Assembly (NCBI GenBank): GCA_030167865.1
Contig: JALAGF010003711.1
Location: 1 to 39,637 of the forward strand
Length of the DNA stretch: 39,637 nt
Direction: 5' to 3'
From: Craspedostauros australis
Lineage: Eukaryota
In this document: positions 33,109-39,637 of the stretch, piece after piece
Layout: each line of letters starts with the position of its first letter
Numbering within the stretch: the first letter of the stretch is position 1
Notes under the pieces: generated by a model
Told to the model about the DNA's origin: nothing
What the model saw: only the letters and a program-made list of their open reading frames with translations
Database searches by the model: none
Position numbers and translations under genes: made by a program

Positions 33109-33506
33109 CCAGTGTGTTCAATGGTATCGGCAACATGAACAGAAACAGAAACATGATGAATAACAACAACAGCAACAGCAACAACCAAAACAAGATGAAC
33201 CCAAACGTCAAGATGAACATGAACATGAATGTGAACACAGCCATGAACCTCAACATGGGCATGAATATGGGCATAAACTTCAACAACGGCGCTGTCAATG
33301 CTGCTCCCAACAACAGCAACAGCATCAATAACCCGAATGCCGCGGCCATGGGCAACCATGTCGGCCGACAGATGATGCCACCGAGACGCACCTTCAGCGC
33401 GCCGCAGTCCGCCCTGATGCACGCCATTAACGCATCTGGGCAAGTAAGAGGAGGACCTGGTCAGCCCAATCCCTTCCAATTCACGCAACAGCAGCAACAA
33501 CGATGA
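30789..33506 (+). CDS. Large low-complexity protein (acidic N-terminus, K/T/S-rich basic region, N/M/Q-rich C-terminal half)
   Basis: About 905-codon open frame from ATG 30789, with poly-N, (MN)n and poly-Q tracts and two copies of a DPTPIA..G..VV motif. No folded domain recognised. Confidence 0.8.
33075..33107 (+). repeat. (AAC)11 coding microsatellite (poly-Asn)
   Basis: Eleven perfect AAC units. Confidence 0.9.
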
Positions 33507-33592
33507 TGACAACGGACGTTCTCTTTCTGATGCGATGGGAACAACCAAGATACTTGGCATAGATACTGTAAAATTGTGTACTACTACTACAA

Positions 33593-33830
33593 CTAGAGAG
33601 AGAGAAACCAGATTTTAGCGTCGACGAGAGTACAGCGTTCGAGTTTTCGAGTATCATGTATCAGCCAATACATTGCATTCCGGGCGGAAGTCCCAAGAGT
33701 ACTCTGGTACAATCCATATCTTGCGTTGCATCGCGACTCTCGAGGACGAGCAACACGACACTCTCACAGAGTGACTAAACCTGGGCACCATGTATGTACA
33801 AGTACCATAGAGTAATTCGTCTCTCTCTAG
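33593..33830. mobile_element. Candidate MITE (238 bp)
   Basis: Perfect 11-bp inverted ends CTAGAGAGAGA (33593-33603) and TCTCTCTCTAG (33820-33830), an internal imperfect palindrome at about 33722-33757, and no ORF. The ends are low-complexity. Confidence 0.35.
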
Positions 33831-34086
33831 ATTATATAATAATAGAATAGTATAGGAGTTTCACGTTACCAACCACTTGGTCTCTCTCTCTCTCCACTCG
33901 TACGTATGTGGAGACTGTGAGAGAGAAAGAGTGATGATTCGGATGCGCCGGTGCTGAATATCGTTCTCAGGCAACCGAGCTGTCTCGTGTGCACGGTGCA
34001 CAATGAGGACTAGTGTATGAGAATCGAGCACAGCTGTCCTTCGGTGTCAGTTGCAGTCCAGCCCCGGCCAGCTCAGTGCAATGCGT

Positions 34087-35472
34087 CTAGACCGCCGCGG
34101 ACAGATTGCTGGACGTCGCGTTGCTGTCGTACCGGCTATACCGCTCGGTGGCATCGTCTGATTCCTCCTTCTTGTCTTCATCCTTCTTGTCCTCCACGAC
34201 ATCATCGTACCGCGGCGCCGCGACGTCCTGATGCTGACACAGCGGACAGACGTTACGGCGCTGCAACCACTGCTTGAGACATTCCTTGTGGAACTTATGA
34301 CTGCACGGCAAGAGACCGACGCGATCGCCATCCTCCAATGGCACGAAGCAGATGGTGCACGTCATCTCCTTGTCCTCGTCATCCTCGCTGCGATGCGAAT
34401 AACTGCTGCCCGTGCTGAGACGGCGCCCGGGTTTCTTGTGGGCCTTGCGGTAGATGCTCGTGCGCAAGGTGAGGCCCGTGGGGCGCGGCTTGGGTTGGTC
34501 CGGGGCTTCGGTTGGCGCATTGGCATTTGCGTTGGCGTTGCTGGTGGCCTCCGTGCCGTTGATGGCCGCGTTCTGGCGCGCGAGGCGCTCTTCTCGTCGT
34601 CGTTCGCGTCGGATGCGATTCTCGAGGACGCGCTGGTTGCGCACGACGTAGTTGCGGATGAGGCTGCGGGCTTGCGAGCGGTCGTTCTCCATGAGGTGAT
34701 TGACGTGGAAATCGTTCCAGCCCGGAATCCAGCTGATGAGGAAGCTGAGGCAGTATCGGCCGCAGGAGGTGAGGAGGATGCACATGGTGATGGCCGGGTA
34801 CAAGGCGAGGATGTAGAGGAATCGATTCCTGTTGTTGCTGTTGGACTCTTCGTATCGCAAGCAGCCAGGGTACGGGAGACCGGAGCTTCTGGAGGGTTCG
34901 TGGCAAGTGGCGGTGGTGAACGGACAGTACACGGTGGGGTAGCCGTCGTTGTTGAAGCAGTCGCACTCCCGGGCGTAGAAGAGCTGGTTGCCATTCTCAT
35001 CCTCCTTCATGGATCGCATGTCAATGTCGAAGCCTTCCAGACCGGCCTGCGTCAACGGCTCCTGCTGTCCTTCAGATGCTAGCGTCACCATCAAGCCTGG
35101 CTCCACAACACCCCCACCCTCGGTCTCATCGAAGAAAGCAGGCAACTGCAACGCATCCGTCTGCTCTCGTGCTCCTGATCGCAGATTGGCGCCAACGAGA
35201 GGCTGCGCGCTGTCCGAACCTCCATCCTGCCTCCAACCATCGAGATCTTCGAAAGTGAGCCCGCGACGGAAGGATCCCTCCTCAAGCTCCTCCGTGCCAG
35301 GTTCGAGCGTCTTGATGACGGTGAACTCTCCCGAGGTGGCATCGCGCGACAGCAGGACGATGGGCTGCTGATCCAAGTGACACATCTGAGACCGCCGCGT
35401 TGTGTACTGCGCCTGCGCGCATGCAAACACCACGGCCAGCAACAGAATCGGAACGCGCCAAGCTGATGCCAT
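34087..35472 (-). CDS. Membrane-anchored RING-H2 E3 ubiquitin ligase (signal peptide, luminal domain, TM, RING)
   Basis: Signal peptide MASAWRVPILLLAVVFACAQA, TM FLYILALYPAITMCILL, RING-H2 CTIC...LPCSHKFHKECLKQWL...CPLC. Confidence 0.92.
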   Translation of the reverse strand: MASAWRVPILLLAVVFACAQAQYTTRRSQMCHLDQQPIVLLSRDATSGEFTVIKTLEPGTEELEEGSFRRGLTFEDLDGWRQDGGSDSAQPLVGANLRSGAREQTDALQLPAFFDETEGGGVVEPGLMVTLASEGQQEPLTQAGLEGFDIDMRSMKEDENGNQLFYARECDCFNNDGYPTVYCPFTTATCHEPSRSSGLPYPGCLRYEESNSNNRNRFLYILALYPAITMCILLTSCGRYCLSFLISWIPGWNDFHVNHLMENDRSQARSLIRNYVVRNQRVLENRIRRERRREERLARQNAAINGTEATSNANANANAPTEAPDQPKPRPTGLTLRTSIYRKAHKKPGRRLSTGSSYSHRSEDDEDKEMTCTICFVPLEDGDRVGLLPCSHKFHKECLKQWLQRRNVCPLCQHQDVAAPRYDDVVEDKKDEDKKEESDDATERYSRYDSNATSSNLSAAV

Positions 35473-36266
35473 GGTCTCAATTATCTTCGTTGCTTGCTTT
35501 CTTCCTTCTTGGTTGCCTCCTGCGGTTGTTGCGACGCTGTCCTGGTTTGTGTTGGTATTTGATATAGTACTCTATGAACTACGACTACTCTACGATTATC
35601 CAACGCAACGGATGTCGCAGATCTTCGTCTTTCCCTCTTTGTGCAGAGATGTCGAGACGCCTGTTTCTGTTGCCGTTACTGCTTCCTTTTCCCGTTGGGG
35701 ATGATTGTGGGCTGACGATGTGGTGCACAACGCCCACCGCTCAACGCGTTCGTAACAGGGGTGCAAGAGGAGAGAGAAAAGTCGGAACTTTGGCGCGCCT
35801 TGGAATCAACGGCGAACACACATATTATATGTATTTTGCATATCTGTTTGTTTCTGGCACACATTTGGACGTGCGATTGTTCTGAATTGCTCATAATAGT
35901 CTGCAACGACAATGATATAACATAGTATTTTATGTATATACCACATATACCACATGAATTTCGTGCACGCACGCCTAAGTAACAACGTGCAAAAACGAAC
36001 TGTGTGTTGGTGTGGTGGACAGCGAGAACGAAGTTGATTTCGTTGTGGTCATTTAACGACTGACGAAAACAGCGCATGTCGCAACGACTGAGGCAATTGG
36101 CCAACATTCATTCGAGATTCTCCCTCCGCCGCTCCACAAAAATGAGACCAGGGAGGAATCAGGCTCGAGCAGGGATCATCGTGTGGGCAGAAACGCGTTG
36201 CATGAGTAGTAGTAGACTGGCGCAAGGGTTAGGGAGAATCATCTGCTGTGTTGCAGTACTCTACTA

Positions 36267-38823
36267 CTGGTGTCTCGTGGCTAGTTTCCGTTTTTTGGTA
36301 ATTATTGGTAATTATTGGTAACCATTGGCGTATCGCCGACAGCACAAACTGCCATTCAATGAGTTGATGACCGTTGTCTGACATCTTTGCATCATTGGAA
36401 AGAGCAGGGCGAGAGCTCTCTGTTGATGAGTTCATTGTTGGCAAACAGTCTCCGCTTCCTGTTCATGTTGATGCCTGTTTTAACCCTTTATCGGCTTTTT
36501 TATACGGACGACGTACGGCCAAGAATCCGGGATTTTTTCTTTGGTATCCATTGGTAGCCGCGTAGAGTCTACGGCATTCTGGTACAGAAATTGGTTGCGT
36601 TTTCGTCCAATCTTGACCGACGACCTCCCAAAGACCCGCATCCAATTCTGTTTCGTCTATTGTTCAAGTGGATGCCATGGTTGCGTTCGTCACTTCATTC
36701 TGCTTCGGGTGGTGTGCTGGTCAGTACTCCAGAATGTTTGTGTGTGTTGCCTTGTGTGTTTGAAGTCAGTCACGAATGTTCGTGACAGCCATGATCATCA
36801 ATTCGTGAACACACAAGAGTTCGCGCCAAAAATTATCGTGTGGTTTTACGTGTTGTCGATTCTGACTGTGCTTCTCATCTGACTCTCTCTGCTTGATGCA
36901 AGGTTGTGCATCGCCCTGACGTCGGATCATCGTGCTGTTGCTTTCAATCGACACAGTATCCTCTCCTGCACCTGACCATGTAGTCCTAGTCTTCGAATCT
37001 CACTTCCTCCAAAGATATACCAACTGCAAGCTCTTTTCGTTGCTTTACCATGTGCTATGCTGGCGAGGAAACATCGCTTCCTGATCACGCACCACAACTG
37101 TCTTCATTGGCAGTGGTTGGTACACCGTCGCAAAGACTAGCCATTGATTTCATGCTCATGCCATGGATGAATTTTTTGACGCATTCGCTGTTCGTGCTGA
37201 TAGAACACAGATGAAAGTGGGTACTTACCTAAAAATTGGGAGTGATCAAGTCCGTCAATGAAGTAGAGTGAAACTGTGTGGTAGTGTTATTGTGCTCTGA
37301 GTGGTTAATTGATGTTAGATGGTATGTAAGCTGGCCCAATTCAGAACTGTTGGAGTCTGAATTGTGAGCAGATGGAGATGAAATGATGAAAAATGATGCT
37401 GAGGCAACATGTGTTGCAACACACAGCAGAGCATGAAGTGCAGTGCATGAAGTGCAGAGCATGAAGGTGTTGTCAAATTTGCAAGACTGAGGAGGTTCAT
37501 GGCGCCTCCAATACTGATCTTGCTTCTTGGAACAACAATGATGCATGCAGCAAATCCGATCATTGCAGAAATGCGATCTTGCCAAATTTGATGGGATTGA
37601 TGAGCTTGTATCTGAGCCAAGATGCTCAGGTACATTCACTCACCAAGACAGTAGACATGTATGGTCATGTGCACATAAGGAGGATGACAAGCAGGGCCTG
37701 ACATCCATCCTTCAACTCATTACCATCTTCAGATACCAAGACAGGTATCTGAGCGCCGTTGGGAGTTTCGGGAAATGAGGTCAACAGCGAAAGATAAAAC
37801 GGTTCATGACCAAAAGTCTCATGCGTGACCTGACACAGTCTACGGAGAACAAGACTAGACATAGACTGAGGTGAATATAGACTTTTGATCTGATACGTGC
37901 TCCATCAAACCATGTTCGAACCGTTCTGTGGAGGAAGCCTGATGTTCTCTCCTGATCTTCAGTGCCGCTAAGGCCAATCAAACACTGGCATCTACATTGC
38001 GCATGCGATACATGCTACAATGCGCGCACATGGCGTGGAAATTATGCGCAGCGCAGTTGCACATGCTCAGCGATGTGGAAGATCCAATGAAGAGCGGTGA
38101 GAGCATGGCGAGATTGAACTCCTTGGTGTGAAACAGTCCATTCTGATCTATTCTGGACTGCTCTTGTGTGCTGCTGATATCCATGGGACCATTGCTCCCC
38201 CAAGAAGGATGGATGCAACGATACACATACATCCAAGTTGCTGTTGCCAAGAAGGTTGCTGGTGTACGGTATTCTGGAGTAGAACTGAAACGTGATTGCA
38301 GAAGTTATCAACTATATCATCAACTACAATGCTATACGATGAACAAAATCACAATAGATGACATCAGGATGTAAGGAACTGATCATAGCATGCAAAGAAC
38401 ACATTGGTTGGCACCACATTGTATTGGATCATTTCAACCGCGTGTCAACACACGTTGGGGCACACAGAAATTCGCCACGATACATCGAGGTGATATGCAT
38501 TCGTGAATGACAATATCGAGTTGTGGCCCCAGAGAAACGAGCAGATCTCGACAACCACCCAACCAATCACCACCAAAGTTGGAGAGGGTGATGAAAAGCC
38601 ACACTTGAGAGTGATCACGAAAGGAGAGCTCAAACGGACGGAGCGGAATGGACTTGCCGAGGAGGTTCGTGGCAGAAAAGATGGTTTTGGGCTGCTACAC
38701 GCGGGACTGACGTACAAAATGGAACAGCGTCTACAGAGAAAATGACTCATACAACTAAATATAATACCAAATGTTACCAATAGTCACCAAAAAATGACCT
38801 CCCTTCAAGCCACGGGACACTAG
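36267..38823. mobile_element. Non-autonomous or degenerate TIR DNA transposon, about 2.56 kb
   Basis: Left end CTGGTGTCTCGTGGCTAG versus right end reverse complement CTAGTGTCCCGTGGCTTG (15/18). Each is followed inward by T6GGT and TTGGT repeats with a 10-bp period. The interior is CpG-poor and has no long ORF. No clear TSD. Confidence 0.7.
36295..36328. repeat. 10-bp tandem subterminal repeat TTGGTAATTA (about 3.4 copies)
   Basis: ttggtaatta ttggtaatta ttggtaacca ttgg. Its inverted counterpart is at 38761-38790. Confidence 0.8.
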
Positions 38824-38932
38824 AGTTAGTGTTTCCACGCCTCTTGATGCCATCGACATCCCCACTGATTGCCGCGCCGCAGCAATCGCAAACATGCTCT
38901 GCTCTTGTATCCGCCCTTGCGCTGATTGGAAT

Positions 38933-39637
38933 CTACTCCTCCAACATCTTGGGCAAAACGCTGCAGGTGTAGTACTTCTTGGCCAGACTGAATCCATTGA
39001 AGGTGCACGCCGAGCTGCTAGTGTAGGCTCCCAGGTTCTTGTAGTAGAGGCAGTCGCCGATCTCCAGCTGCGGCAGGAGGACCGACCGGTTGACAACATC
39101 GCCAGCATCGCAGGTGGGGCCGAAGATGGTGGAGGGGTAGAGAACGTCTTCGTTGTGATTAGTAGACTTGATGGGGTTGCTGCGCAACAACCGTGGTCTC
39201 ACGTGGAGGGTGTCGTCCCAAATTAGATTGTTGAATGGACCATACACGCCTTCGTTGAGGTAGTAGGCGAAGTCGTCGCGGGCAGCAACAGCTGTCTTGT
39301 CTGAGCCCTCGGCATTGTCTTTGTTGGCAAGGTTGCTGCGGACGCTGGTGACAGAAACGACGACAGCAGAGCAGGCGGACACCAGGTATCGTCCTGGCTC
39401 GCCCATGACTTGGACGCTGTCCTCAGGGAAGATCTCGTCGATGAGGGGCGAGATCTGATCGGCCATGCCGGGGAACGACATGAGGGACATCGCCCTCTCG
39501 AGCGCCTCTTCATCTTCCTCCAATTCCTTGGGATGATCCTCATTGGGGACCTCGGAGAGGTTGGCCGGATTCCAAGGGGAGATCGTGTCGCCAGGGAAGC
39601 CACCGCCGATGTCCAAGAGGTTCATATCGAAGCCGAA
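38933..39637 (-). CDS. ODC: Ornithine decarboxylase-like PLP-dependent (fold III) decarboxylase, 5'-truncated by the window edge
   Basis: LDIGGGFPG, EPGRYLV, YYLNEGVYGPFN, IFGPTCD, NLGAYT and TFNGF. The frame is open to base 39637. Confidence 0.9.
   Translation of the reverse strand, partial: FGFDMNLLDIGGGFPGDTISPWNPANLSEVPNEDHPKELEEDEEALERAMSLMSFPGMADQISPLIDEIFPEDSVQVMGEPGRYLVSACSAVVVSVTSVRSNLANKDNAEGSDKTAVAARDDFAYYLNEGVYGPFNNLIWDDTLHVRPRLLRSNPIKSTNHNEDVLYPSTIFGPTCDAGDVVNRSVLLPQLEIGDCLYYKNLGAYTSSSACTFNGFSLAKKYYTCSVLPKMLEE

Noticed and set aside
30755-33560. Long hydrophobic antisense ORFs (537, 190, 173 and 157 aa)
   Set aside because: Mirror of the AAC/ATGAAC repeats in the plus-strand gene; the reverse complement of these repeats lacks stop codons.
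37222-37232. TACTTACCT resembling the U1 snRNA 5' end
   Set aside because: No U1 stem-loops or Sm site follow; better read as the complement of a splice donor.
38030-38065. CNCAAHNFH as a hAT-type CxxH transposase motif
   Set aside because: Only four informative residues, with no supporting DDE or dimerisation motifs nearby; too little to call a transposase.

Overview
Gene-dense, intron-poor eukaryotic nuclear DNA whose gene content and style resemble a pennate diatom (inference; the species cannot be determined). It holds about 14 protein genes: an orphan ORF cut by the left edge, a type II membrane glycosyltransferase-like protein, an F-box/SNF2 helicase, a PPOX-type FMN-binding protein, a USP deubiquitinase, a two-exon ER PDI-like thioredoxin with a GC-AG intron, a two-exon importin-7/8, an MFS transporter with a 1-nt frameshift, a rolling-stone/AIG1-like membrane protein, a ZUP1/C78 deubiquitinase with SIM- and UIM-like motifs, a stand-alone PPIE-type RRM protein, an N/Q/M-rich low-complexity protein, a membrane RING-H2 E3 ligase and the 3' part of an ornithine decarboxylase. 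There is one tRNA-Arg(CCU). Not visible in the ORF track: a ~2.56 kb non-autonomous TIR-type element (36267-38823) with 10-bp-periodic TTGGTA subterminal repeats at both ends and a CpG-depleted core, and a candidate 238-bp MITE. I found no CRISPR array, rRNA or clearly new multi-gene system. The strongest leads are the TIR element, the SIM+UIM C78 protease, the GC-AG intron directly after the PDI active site and the F-box/SNF2 architecture.
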